DNA of 64,000 nucleotides, taken from contig MU053881.1 of the NCBI GenBank assembly GCA_013239625.1, forward strand, positions 13,816,373 through 13,880,372, read 5' to 3'. The translations under genes and the position numbers were made by a program. Below, in pieces: positions 52,040-64,000 of the stretch. Origin of the DNA: Lama guanicoe (Eukaryota). Under the pieces are notes generated by a model. That model did no database searches and was not told the DNA's origin. It saw nothing but the letters and a program-made list of their open reading frames with translations. The first letter of the stretch is position 1; the number at the start of each line of letters is the position of its first letter.

Positions 52040-52633
52040 TTGAAATTGTTGTGGAAAAATGTGTTACAGCTCAGTGTTATAGCTCGGTGTTACAGCTCAG
52101 TTGTGACAGCAACCTGGATCCATGTGAGAGACCAAGCAGCACTCAGAGTTGGAGAACTCAGGTTTATTATGCCAGCAGGCCCAGAAGAGTTGACACTCCA
52201 AGCTCTGGACCCTGTCTGTAGGTTTACACAGGCCTTTATAGCCTGCCAGTTTACACTTTGTAACATCATATGCAAATAAAGTATAACAAAAGTTGACCAA
52301 CTAGGAACAAGCTTTGTAGAAATAGACCAATCAGAAGGGAGAGGAATAACCAATCAGGAGTGAGCTCCATGCAAATAAAGTACTACAAATGGACCAATCA
52401 GAAGTTAGGGAAATGGACCAATCAGAAATGAGAGTAATAACCAATCAGGAGTGAAGGAACTAACCAATCAGAAGTGAGCTCAGGGAACCAATAGAATTTT
52501 AGGGGTAAGTAAGCTTTTTCAGAGGCAAAAAGTGAGATAGAGCCTCTGGGCCAGGGAACTGGATGGTGCTGGAAAGAGAGTAGTTGCCCTACTTGCGGGT
52601 CCTGCCAGTCTTTTTATGGGGCTTCCCACCTCA
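52040..52633 (-). mobile_element. Solo ERV1-type LTR with CCAAT-box array
   Basis: Ends ...cccacctca; minus-strand TATAAA (52240-52235) and AATAAA (52168-52163); 7 CCAAT boxes in U3; 13-bp tandem repeats at 52062-52110. Confidence 0.85.
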
Positions 52634-53458
52634 ATGACAGGCATTATATGAAGGTATTAGGTGAATATCATACATTCACTATATAAAGTTGTTAAAAGCT
52701 TGAGTTCTGGATGGATTTAAATGGTCCTGTGTCCAAATTCCCAATTCTGTTATTTGGAGCCATCTGACCTCACCAGTGTGCTCAGTGGGGATAATAGCAC
52801 TTTCTCATAGCTTTATTGTGTGAGCTCCTGAATAGATGCATGAAAAACATTTAGCATAGCACCTGGCACAAGAGTAAAACTGGGCGTAGATGTATGTCCC
52901 TCCATTCTATTCCCCATCCTGCTTTGATTGGCTTGTCTTTGCTTTCTCTGTGAACATCATCCTGTTACTATCAAATTTCCTGCCCCTCTTATCAACCAGC
53001 AGGTACTTTTTGAATACCTAACATAAAAGTAAATTTTTGCTACGTAGTAGAGAAAATGGAAAAGATAGATTATTCCTTTGGTAAATTAAAAAAAACGTTT
53101 TTATATTAAGTAATCCAGAGAAGAATTTGGAGATTTTCCTGATTTTTTTTTACCAATAAGGAAACTTTTCAATAAAAAGTTTATCCTCCTCTTTGTGCTA
53201 TGTCACATTTTCTCAGCAAGCATCCCTCCTCCTGAAAATAAAAGACAAACATCCTTTTTATAGGAAATATGATGCTGACGTATTTAATTTAAATAATTTA
53301 AAGAAGAGGATAGGGTCAATGAGTATAAGAGCCAAGTGGTCAGAATTCTGAAGCAGTAAGGATAACTCTGGAAACAGAAGATGAACGAATCCAAAATAAA
53401 GTCCCATGACTTGCTAAAAGCTTACTGATCACTCCAATCAGTTGCTTCACATTGACAG

Positions 53459-53522
53459 GTCCCTAGGGGCTTACCTCAGCCAAATGGACCAGTTCATTCT
53501 CAGACAGAAAGAATTAGAGAAG
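53459..53522 (+). pseudogene. Putative 64-nt exon (plus-strand candidate)
   Basis: Branch-like TACTGAT at 53423, acceptor cttcacattgacag, donor AAG|GTTACT (weak); frame SLGAYLSQMDQFILRQKELEK is in phase with exon 44138-44225. Confidence 0.35.
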
Positions 53523-53931
53523 GTTACTTTTCTGCTAAAAGATCCCAGGTTTTGACTCACAGGTGCTTCTGTTCCTGCCACACAGCCCGCCACAGCATAA
53601 TACGCCTGGATTCTGTGCGATGCTCACGTTCCTGCAGGTTCCCGCCCCGTGTGAGCCCTCTATGTCACACTCACCAGTTCAGGCTGTGTCCCTAATCCTG
53701 CCATAAGCACTAGAACACTAGTCTAGAAGGCTACCTACTCTCTGCCCAAGCTAGCTGTCCTGTCGTGACTACCTAGTTCCTCCCTACATTAGATCCCTTT
53801 CCTTGTGATAAATTCCTTTCCGAGGTCCCTTGATAGAAAATCTTTTTTGGAATCGTTTTAATTTATCAGTGAATTTCTGATTACTTCTCTGAAAGGAAGA
53901 AGTTGGTTGGTTTCCATCCCTTTCCTTCCAG

Positions 53932-54152
53932 AAGTCTCATTAGAAGCCAAAGAAATCAACCAGTTTCTGCCCCAGTTCCGCTCATGCCACACAGTTCTCG
54001 TGAAGACTGTGGACCTCTCCACCGAGCCCTCACCTTTAGGAGCCAGTCAGAGTCTTCCCAGGACAAGGAAGACTGCTCCAAGAGGATTTGCCATCTTTAA
54101 GGAAAATAGCCAGAAATTTTTAAATGCCAGGTTTTATTCTAAACCAAATAAA
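53932..54152 (+). other. Putative terminal exon (plus-strand candidate)
   Basis: Strong acceptor tttccatccctttccttccag; AATAAA at 54147-54152. Confidence 0.42.
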
Positions 54153-55769
54153 AACTTTGTAACAATTAAGACCAGAAAGAATATCACGAAGTTGAAAAGC
54201 AGTAGATTCTAAAGAAGTAAACGTTCATTCTGGGTTTCAAACTGGGAATAGAATATATGGAAAATTTTTAAAGATGAGCCTCTAAATAAGTTCAAAACAT
54301 GTTCTAGAAGACAGACTCCAAATGGGAATCAGCTCAGCTTTTGGAAAATAGCTTCATACTTTGACTGAAACTGAGATGGACAGTGCACATCACCAACAGG
54401 CAGAATGTTAGACTAAATGGAATTCAAATTGAGTTAATATTTTTGAGGCCAACTTGGCATAAATTCTTCACCAGGCACTGTGCCCTGGTAAAGACAGCAT
54501 AAAAGCCATGCTAGAGAGCCTTGTGGAGCCCGAGTTGGATGATTCTAGTAATTAAGTAATTGAAACTGTAGAGACTCTGTGATAAAAAAAAAAGAGATTG
54601 TTATAATCTGAGCAAAGTAATTTGAGAAACTTTGAATTCAATAAATGTTCACGGATTTCTTTCCCGTGAGACTTTGTAATATGTTTTGTAAACCCCCAAG
54701 ACAAGTGTAGAGTGTGCGAAGTTCTCTCCATGACCTGACTGAGAAACGCTTATCTTTGGAGCAGCTCTCAATGCTGGGGAGGGGTTTTCAAGACCCTCTT
54801 TGGGTCTGTTTCTTTCTCCCCATCTATAGTACTTTGCAACAGAGAAGGACACGGGTGCAGATCCTGAGTTCTCTAATTCATGCCAGCAAAGAAGAAAGTA
54901 CAGCAGTATGCTAATATCCATTAACTTCTTTGCCTCATTATGCAGTTACTTCAAGGTTTTGATTAATGGAAGCATTATTGAAGACGACACTACTTGGTTC
55001 GTTTTCAGGCAGGCAGCACGTTATTCCTAAAGGTGGGCACATTAATCTTTCTTACTTTGTTTACTCTTACCCTCCTTCTTATTTATAAATGGCTACCTGC
55101 ACCATTGCTGGGATGTCTTTCATTTGGATGCATGTGACCCCAAGAAAAGACTCTTCAGTAGAGAGGGATCTAGGATAAGAAGTAGCCGTGACTCCCTCAT
55201 ATGTGTATACAGACTCCTAACACACCTCTCCAGTTGTGAGCCCCAATTTGGAAAAAAAATGTTTCAAAACACATGTTATTTCAAGTTTGTGTTTTAAAGA
55301 GACGAACTTAAGCAGCTTGAAAAGATATAAAATTAATGCATAAAAGCTGTCTTTTAGTCTGTTAACCAGCAAAGGCAGGAAAATGCAAAATAATTTTGTT
55401 AAAGTGAGGGGACAAGAAATAGAAGACCCAGCTCTGGTATGGGGAACAAGGACTCCTCTTCTTGTGGGAAGGTAGGCCTGTGAGTGTTGGGCTGTGGAGA
55501 AGCAGGTGTTGCTATGAATCAGAGAACAGAAGAGCTGGGAAGAAACTTAGAAACAATGTAGACTACAGCACTCACGTAAGGAATGATAAATTTAAGAATC
55601 TTTTGGAGGGTGTGTGTAAGGAGAATGAACGCCTGGGACCACTCATGTGATTAGCAAGAAACGTAGGGGTGGGAATCTGTCCTTCTTATGCCAAATGAAT
55701 TGCTCTTTTGCCTCGACTACAACTATCTTAAAGGTCTTGCTGTCCCATTTCAATGACACTGCAGACCTT

Positions 55770-56630
55770 TTCCAGTCAGTTCCACCCTGTGCTTTCTCAT
55801 CTTGTTAATTGTCATCACCCTATACCTAGTTGAACAAATCCTTAACTGAGAGCTGATTTTTGACTTCTCTATTTTTCTCAACACTTTCATCCAATCCACC
55901 CTCAAATCCAATTGGCTCAATTTTCAGAATATACCCTCCAAAATATAGCCAGCTCTACTAATGGCGCCATGCTACCTGTCTTTTTTGAACCATTTCCAGT
56001 TGGTCTCCCTTTTTCCATGCTTGATACCAGCAATCTATATTTTACCCAGCAGAGTGATGTATTTTAAATATATATCATATTATGTTACTCTACTACTTAA
56101 AACTACCCAATGACTTCCCATAGCTCTTAGAATACAAATTTATTATTGTTCACCAAGGTCATGATCTGGCTCATGACTTCCTCTCTGACATCCATTTGTA
56201 CCTTAGAACCACATTAAACTTCTTTCTTTTCCTTAGAAAATCCAGTCTCATTCCTGCCGAGGGTCTTCACCATCACTGTCCCCTCTGCTCTAAATGCTCT
56301 CTCCTTGCAGGACTATGCATGCCTGTCTTCTTATCATCACTGAAGCCTCAGTTCAAAAGTCTCCTCTTTAGAGAGATTTTCCATAGCCAATCAGGCACCT
56401 CCCCCATGGAGTGATCCCTACCACATAATCCTGTTTTCTTTTTTTTATAGTCAGCTCATCTCTATCCATAGTTCTGTTTTTTTTTTTTTATTGTCTGCCT
56501 CCTCCCCACTCTTCACTAACATATGAGATCAGAGACTTCTTCATCTTGCTCATCCTTATACCTTCGGAATGCAGAAGATGATCTGTCTAATAAAATAACC
56601 CCAATACGCATTTGTTGATTGAATGAGCAC
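55770..56630 (+). mobile_element. L2 LINE 3' part
   Basis: Long L2 text ending catttgttgattgaatga. Confidence 0.8.
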
Positions 56631-57329
56631 TTAGAAATCACAAAGTAAAAACCAATTTTTTTTTTGGTTAGACATCATAAATCTTAATAGGAAAGTGAGA
56701 AAAAGGTCTTAAATGATGACTAGTCTTTGGGCTGATAGAATAATATTATCTAGGTTTGGCAGTGGAGCAAATAAGACCCAGAGTAGCTCAAGACCCTAAT
56801 TGAGATTATCCATCCAGTGCCTGGGTGAGACCTAACAGATGGTAAATACTAATTAAATAACATAAAGGAACAGACATTCTAAGACAAAAGTGGTATTTCT
56901 TAAGAGACGAGTCTAGGAGTTAATGGTGGGGGGGAATGGCTGGGATTTGAGTTGGGAGATCTTATTTTGCTAATCCCCGTGGTCAGGTCTTCTCACAGCT
57001 CGGCCTCAGTTTCCTTGTGTTATGAAAATATTTGGCATCGCCAACTGTAAGGAGGCATATCATGAGAGATGTCTGCCTTAATCTTTCTGAGATTAAATAC
57101 GGAAGAAACCTATTTTGACCTGAGTACACGTTTACATATAGAAGTTCTGAATATACATCCATAGTGACATTTTAAGAATTTTATAATCAAGGTGATTTGC
57201 CTTCCAGAATTTTTTATAAATTCACATCGAACATCAGTTGAGTTCCTACCATGTGTAAAATGTTTCGGTATATATTAAAACAATAGTGTTTTATTTAAAC
57301 CATAGTGTTGGCCAATAAGAGGGGAAAAG

Positions 57330-57630
57330 GGGAGACTTTTTAGGATATTTAGCCTGGAAATACATGGGGATGAAGAGTAAGCGAGGGGATGTTGTACAGA
57401 GTTTTATTCAAGTACTGGGGGTTAATCACATAGAAGAGTGATTAGACTAGCTCTGTGTTGCTGCAGAAAGCAGAATGAGAACTAGAGAGCAAAATGCCCC
57501 AGGAGGAAGGTTTCAGAAGCTGCGCTATACCTGAGCACTTGCAGTGGTGATGGCTGTCCCACACGGGGCGTTTTGTTTCAGAGGTCAGGGAGAACCCCTT
57601 ACTGAAGCTGTACAAAGTCTAGCTGTAGAC
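57330..57630 (+). mobile_element. L3/CR1 fragment
   Basis: atttagcctggaaa...ttcaagtact...gattagactagctctgtgttgctgcaga resembles the CR1 3' region. Confidence 0.55.
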
Positions 57631-57634
57631 GTGC

Positions 57635-57755
57635 AGCTGTGTGCTGTTAAATGTTTAACTCTCCAGGGAGGGTAAAAAAAAAAAATTTCCTTATTTGTTG
57701 AGTTTGATGATTTCCATAGTATAAATACTCCCGTTATGCCTGGCTTTAGACTAAC
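57635..57755 (+). mobile_element. MER63-like hAT fragment
   Basis: tgtgctgttaaatgtttaac...gatttccatagtataaatactccc. Confidence 0.55.
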
Positions 57756-57889
57756 CTTATTAAAAGTAGAGCTCGAATATGAATGAGACAGAAAGAGGAA
57801 TTTTCGGTTCTCGTACTGAAAAGTTGGACAAGAAGACCATATCCTGCACTGCGGGGTTCTTATGCTCAGAAGTTGTGTCAGGAATTTGG

Positions 57890-58250
57890 CTGCTTTCTTT
57901 CATTCGTGTATTCACTGATTTGTTCAAATATATTTGTTGAATGCCCACTCTGGGTCAGGCACTATGCTGAATGCTGGATATACAGTCACAGAATAGGCAT
58001 GGTTCTGCCTTCATGAAGTTCTAGGGGTAGAGACAGCCAGTCGATCAGTATATAATACCATACAGAGTGATGAGTGCTATGTGGAAAAACAGGCCCACCT
58101 AAACAATAAGGAGTGATGGTGGGGTTTCAAGGAGGGACTAGTACATACTAGTTGGTCAGGGAGGTGATGAGGGTCAGGAGGGGGTGGGGGAGGGTGGCTT
58201 CCCAAAGAAAATCGTAGACCATTTGAAGGAGGAAGAGAAACTAGACAAAA
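57890..58250 (-). mobile_element. L2 LINE 3' end
   Basis: ttcattcgtgtattcactgatttgttcaaatatatttgttgaatgcccactc. Confidence 0.75.
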
Positions 58251-59234
58251 TAGCCTTTATCCATCACTGTATATTATTGGCATATCATTTAGTGGAAAAT
58301 TCGCAAGGGTGAGTCAAACATCATAAATGGCCTCTAAGAAATTTTCCATTTTAATAATCTTTAATTCCCTAGCTTTGCAGCTCCCAGATTAGGCACATTT
58401 GGCTGGAAACAGGAATGATCCTACAGTCATATTATTGATGATTATCATCAATCCTCTGAAATACTCACCAGCTATACCTATTCAGTACATTTTTAACCTG
58501 TTTCTAATGTGCAAATTCTTCCTTCACCCTCTGCCATACATCACTAAGCAAGCACTACTTTCTTCTGGATTTCTTTTTTAACATCTGTCATATTGCACTG
58601 TCATTGCATTCAATTTTCCTAACAGAATTTCTCATATTTAAAAAAATAGAATAAGATTCATTTTTAACAATTTCTGCACCATCACCCCCCAAAACCACAA
58701 TTCTGTTTTCATTTAATTCTAACTGTATATGTGTTTTTAAAAAATTCCTTTGTAACAATTTTGTTGAGGATTTCCATTCTCAGTATCTGCACAATCACAT
58801 AAGTTGCTATGGTAATATTATAAAATTATTCCAAATCACAAGGCCTCCCTGAAACCAGGCACGCTGTATTCGGAAATAACATTGCTGAAAACCCTGCATT
58901 TAAGATAAGAAAGTCCCAGATAAGCAGAGACTCTTAACTAGGTTTACTGCCCCATTTTTTTTTTCTTTAACTTACCATTAAGTTCTTGGTTTTGAGTGAT
59001 AACAGGCAGGAAGAAAAAAAAAAAAAAAGATCTCCTGCTCACCAAAAAATAAATTAGTCTTGAAAGAGAACTACATCAATATTTAGACAGAATCCTGTCA
59101 ACCAAACACAAAATAGGTCTTACTGTCTCTTCTACCATATGCAAACTTATTCAACCCTGGGCAAGTCACCTGCCCTGCTTTAGTTTGCTCATCTATAAAA
59201 GTATTAAATCACCTTTTAGTCTTACTAGAATGTG

Positions 59235-59730
59235 TTTATTTTTTATTGCGGTAAGAAAACACAATGTAAGATCTACCCTCTTAACAAAATTTTAAGTGTA
59301 CAATACAGTTCTGTTAACAACAAACACAGTGCTGTACATCAGATCTCTAGAATTTACTCAGCTAGCATAACTGGAACTTGAACTTGCCTGTTGACCAGCA
59401 ACTCCCATCCCTCACTCCCCTCTGCCCTAGGCAACCACCATTTCTACTTTCTGTTTCTATGAGTTTTAACTGTTTTGGATACATCCCCTAAGTAGAAATA
59501 TGCAATACGTTTCCTTCTCTGATTGGCTTATTTCCCTCAGTGTGATGTACCCCAGGCTCACCCAGCAGTCCTCACAGTAGCCAAGAGGGGAAGACAACGT
59601 GTGTGTCCACCAATGGCTGAATAAGGAGAACGTGGTATGGACACACAGGGGGGTAGTATCAGCCATCAGGAAGCAGGAAATCTTCTCATGTGCAGCAGCA
59701 TGAACGGACCTGGAGGACCCTGCACTAGGC
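59235..59730 (-). mobile_element. L1MA/MB 3' end with 5' inversion, inserted in a MIR
   Basis: 59235-59565 is antisense 3' end; 59566-59730 is the adjacent upstream L1 segment in sense orientation. Confidence 0.75.
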
Positions 59731-59999
59731 TTATCAGCATTTAAATAAGATAACGTATACATTAAACATGGTATCTGAGACTGCATAGTGATTTTTCATC
59801 CCTCCTCCACTATGTCCTTGACCCTCACAGGACTGAGATTTCACAGGTCTGCTACACCAAGCTCACTTCTGTGTTCTCCGCCATCCACTTTCCCATCTGC
59901 CAGCTGAAAGCCAAAACAAATGGTTGACTCTGGACTACCCCTCTAAGCTAAGAGGCGGGACACAAGGAGAGCCTTCCTCCATAAAATTTATCACAAATG

Positions 60000-60400
60000 G
60001 TTGTTATCTCAGGTTAGATTACCTGGGAGCCGAGCCAGACATGGGGATTCTTACACAAGTGAGTTGTAAGAGAGGGCTCTCGAGAGAAATGTGCTGGGGA
60101 GTGAGGAGACAGATCAGGAAGGACCCCATGCAAAGACTCAGCCTCATACCCCCCGGAGCTCTACAGCAGGAAGGGCTTGTCCCACCATGGGGCACGTGAT
60201 ACCCACCTTGGGGTATCAGTCAGTCACTAGCTGGGAGCTGCACAGGTGGTTGGGAAGGGGGCGTGGCACATCCTCCCCGGTGTCTGCGTCCCTGAGCAAG
60301 GTGGCTTCCACTGGCCTAGGGCACATTTCTGCAGAAGAGTATACAGCTATGAGCCATTAGCAGCCTGTACATAGCAGCTGAGCCCAGTAAAAGGGGTTGG
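60000..60400 (-). mobile_element. Old ERVL-type LTR fragment
   Basis: ctcaggttagattacctgggagccgagccagacatggggattc resembles LTR16/LTR33-group termini. Confidence 0.45.
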
Positions 60401-62719
60401 CACTCACCTTTTAACTTTCTTCTCTTTCATATTCTTACTCACTAAACGCTTTGTTGCCCCCTTCCCCGCCCCACACCAAGGACCATTCTCCATGTCCCCT
60501 ACCATACACACATGCACAGTTTTCTTTCTTTTCTTTCTCCACAATGGAAAGGAGACTGTCCTTTGATAAGAATTACTGTTAAACAGCTGGTAACTAAGAG
60601 ATAAAGGATGGTGATATTATTGTGCCCAAGGAAGAACACAAGTGTAGTGAGTTTTTTTTCTAGAAAGAATGCAGTCTAACCTTTATTTGATGGACATGAT
60701 CACTAAGACCACCATTTACTTGTGGGCAACTATTAGGTATCAGAAACTGCTTATTGTATACATTATTGTATGTAAAATGAACAATTTTACATATAATATT
60801 TTACATAAGCCATTATGTCATTTGACGTTCACAGTAGTAGTGTGGGGTGGATATTCCTGAGTAAGTTGTCCGTGGCCACATAGCTCTTGAGAGACAGAAC
60901 CAGAGTCCAAACCCTAGTGCAGATGATGACTCTAGAGCTGAAACTCCCATCTGCTGTACTGTATATGCCTCCCTGCTCCTTGAGAACAGAGGACAGAGTC
61001 CTTTGCATCTGCCCCTCCTGGCACTGTAGCAAGCACGCTTCTGTTCGTGCTTTGGAGAGGAAAATTAAATAAAAATTTTCAGACATTGCCGTACTGAGAC
61101 CAGAGATACCATGAAGTGGTTAAGAGCGTTGGCTTGGAAGTTTGTAAGTGATTGTCACCTGGGACTGGAATGCTTACACTGGATGACCTTCTTCTTCCTG
61201 AACCCTGGCTCAGTGCAGAGAATGTATTTATTAAGTAAAATAAGGCTGCTCCAGGCTGTCCAGCTTTGCCACAGGACGTGGAAGAGAGGAGCTGCCTTTA
61301 CACAAGCTTCTCTATCGAGAAGTAAAGTTCTGAAGTTGACCTCGAGAGCCAGCGTAGACAGACAGAAGCGTTTTGGATCCCAGGGAGACTCTGCTCGAGT
61401 TCCGCATCAAACACCTCCCCACTCTCCTTTTCCCTCCTGAACAGCGCTCGAGACCTAAGCACTCTCCTTGGAAACTCCCCCTCACAGTCACCTCACTTCA
61501 ATCTTATCCCCAGTCCTTTCACAGAACGGGGAGATTCCTTTCAGCTTGAGGATTTAAGAGAAAAATTTGACTGAAAGTTTTCTCCACGGGGGCAGCCAAG
61601 GCAGTGAGTTCTCCTCCCCTCCCCCGTCCTGAAAGTAAAGTTTTAGTCTGATTGCTGGCAGAAATAAGGGGGGGAAAAGCTTCATGGCTGGGTTAGGAGC
61701 CTCTGGTTGGATTTTCAGTTTGACAATATTTGAGAAATGAGTTTTAAATATGGGGCAGTAGGAGGAAAGGATGAGGAAATGTTTCTCTGAAAAAATTTAA
61801 GGATATTTACAAACCATTACCAAAAACTCCAGTAAACTTGACGTGTCTGAGTAGCTCCCAGTCAACCACTCCCTGTTGGTCTTCGGGAGTACGTATCTTG
61901 GAAAGCTTACTCTGATTTACTCTTCCTCTGTTTGCTGGTGGCGAATTATTAATGTGGCTCTGATACACCAGGGAGGTTTCCCGATGTTCTTCCTCCTGTC
62001 CCCTCTCCAGCAGCATCACTGCTGAGATGAGCTTTCCGGATGAAACTTCATGTGATCATTTTTGCATTTATTGAGCACCTACTGTTTGTCAGGCTGTAAG
62101 GGAATCCAGCCATTGGAAACAGTCCCTGCCCTCCAGGAGCAGGAGACAAAGAACCCGTTACAATGTCATGTGTTAAGTGACTTCGTAAGCACAGAGGGCA
62201 AGGCCCTGAGCATCTCACCTAGGCTGACTAGAGACAGGTAACCAGGGATCTGGGCAAAGGCTTTGGAAGAGAGAAGGAAAAATTGAGGTTGGCTGTTAAG
62301 ATTTCAGTAGGTCAAGAGGGTTTTCAAAACCTGAGAAAGAGCTTTGGGGGTGGGAATAAAGGCAGAAAGTGCTGAAAACTGTACAGAGAACCTTTTGGGT
62401 AGAATAATGTTAGGTACAAGTTATTGAACACTTGATAAGTACCAGGTACTAGGCATAGCTCTTTGCACACACTGACTCATTTAATTGGCATGCAAACTTT
62501 ATCAGTTAGGAATAGTTAGGTGGCAAGTAATAGAAAATCCAGCTCCAACAGACTCCGTTTCAGTAGAGGACTTACGGGATTTATATAACTCAAGAGTTTA
62601 AAGGTGTGTCTTGTGTGTGAGAAGGCTGAATCACTTTTGCAAGTGAATGGGGAAGCCAGATATACCCTCCATTTAGAATAATGATACTTTATTTCTTTTG
62701 TCATCTTTAAACATCTTTC

Positions 62720-62940
62720 CTGGTTTCATATCCCGACTCTTCTACTAACTAGCTGTGTGACCTTGAAAAACTTGCTTAACTTGTCTGTGCCTCAGTTTCT
62801 TCACCTGCAAAATGTAAGTGATAAGTAACAGGAGCTACCATAGAGGGTGGCCATGAGGAGTCCATGAGTTATTTCACATAAAGCACTTTGAAAAGGGTTT
62901 GGCACAAAGTAAGTACAAAGTAAATATTATCAGCTATTAA
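62720..62940 (+). mobile_element. MIR SINE
   Basis: agctgtgtgaccttg...tctgtgcctcagtttcttcacctgcaaaatg core. Confidence 0.88.
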
Positions 62941-63180
62941 ATCTATTAACTCAGAGGCCCTGGCTACATGTCAAACCAGACGCATATTTTGAACCCAGGC
63001 ATGGTTTCCCATCGCTCTAGGAAAATAGTCAACAACGTAATGTGACACACACAGCCACGTAGGATATGGGCCCTGTTTTCCTCCTCAACCTTCTCAAGCA
63101 TTTCTTTACCTTCTGTTCCTCACGTACCAGAGGTTTTCTTCACTTCCTAAACTGGGCCATTTCTCTTCACATCTCCCCTA

Positions 63181-63183
<3 letters not shown>

Positions 63184-63214
<31 letters not shown>
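63184..63214. repeat. (CA)n microsatellite
   Basis: Direct read; lies within an L2 remnant (about 63.0-63.5 kb). Confidence 0.95.
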
Positions 63215-63216
<2 letters not shown>

Positions 63217-63514
63217 TTAACCCAATCTGACTTTATATCCTTTACACCTCAACTAAAGTGGTCTTACATTGGGTAAACTTTGATGCCCTAATCCAGATCC
63301 ATTTCCTATTTAATCTCTTTCATAAATCGCTGTAATTTCTCTTCACCACACTGATCACAGTTTGTCACTTATCATTTGTTGATCTGATTAATATTTGGCT
63401 TACTTCATGAAGGGAGACGTTTGTTTTGTTCACCGCTATATTTTGTTCATCACTGTATTCACCCCTGTGTTTACCTGGTAGATACTCAGTAAGTATTTAT
63501 TAAATGAAAAAAAG

Positions 63515-64000
63515 AACTAATCTCTGACTTTAAGACTTACTGTAAAGCTACAGTAACCAAGAAAGTGTGGTATTGGCAAAAGACTAGACAAATAGATCAA
63601 TGGAACAAGACAGAATGCCCAGAAATAGACCCACGTCAATGTATTCAGCTGATCTTTGACAAAGGAGCAAAGGCAGTAGAATGGAGCAAAGAGATAGTCT
63701 TTTCAACAGGTGGTCCTGGAACAAATGGACATCTGCACGCAAAGAAAAAAAGATTGACATGGACATCACATCCTTCACAAAGATTAACTCAAAATGGAAT
63801 ATGTAGACCTAAATGTAAAACTCAAAACTATAAAACTCCTGGAAGATAACACAGGAGAAAACCTAGATGTTCTGGAGCATGGCAGGGCCTTTTTAAACAT
63901 AACACCAAAGACACAGTCCGTGAAAGAAACTGACAAGCTGGTTTTCATAAAAATTGAAAACTTCTTCTCTGGAAAAGATAATGTCTAGAGAATGAGAAGA
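63515..64000 (+). mobile_element. L1 ORF2 fragment (runs off the right edge)
   Basis: ORFs WYWQKTRQIDQWNKTECPEID...LIFDKGAK and DLNVKLKTIKLLEDNTGE match L1 ORF2; frameshifted. Confidence 0.93.

Noticed and set aside
52062..52500. Regularly spaced repeats resembling a CRISPR array
   Set aside because: Eukaryotic LTR; the units are about 10-bp motifs with related spacers, and there are no cas genes.
61807..62019. 70-aa minus ORF in unique sequence
   Set aside because: Non-ATG first codon, no convincing splice sites, no recognisable domain.

Overview
Mammalian genomic DNA, most likely camelid (alpaca/camel), judged from tRNA-derived Vic-1-type SINEs and a recurring lineage-specific L1 3' end. 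The window is repeat-rich (L1, L2, MIR, MaLR/ERVL/ERV1 LTRs, hAT MITEs), has one 326-N gap and contains no gene I can name. Most listed ORFs are chance or repeat-derived. Reading the repeat-free islands by eye gave two unidentified spliced candidates. (i) A minus-strand exon chain at 37.5 to 28.4 kb ends at an AATAAA; it reads either as an intact 182-aa ORF or as a decayed gene with a Lys/Arg-rich tail. (ii) A plus-strand chain (44.1 to 54.1 kb, possibly starting at 25.7 kb) encodes a short helical peptide with one in-frame TGA. Other points of interest: a CpG-rich young L1 5'UTR with opposed YY1 sites, an LTR with 7 phased CCAAT boxes and 2 octamers, a MER41-like LTR, a 5'-end-only L1 fragment and a twin-primed L1. 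Repeat family names come from recalled consensus similarity, not a search, and repeat boundaries are approximate.
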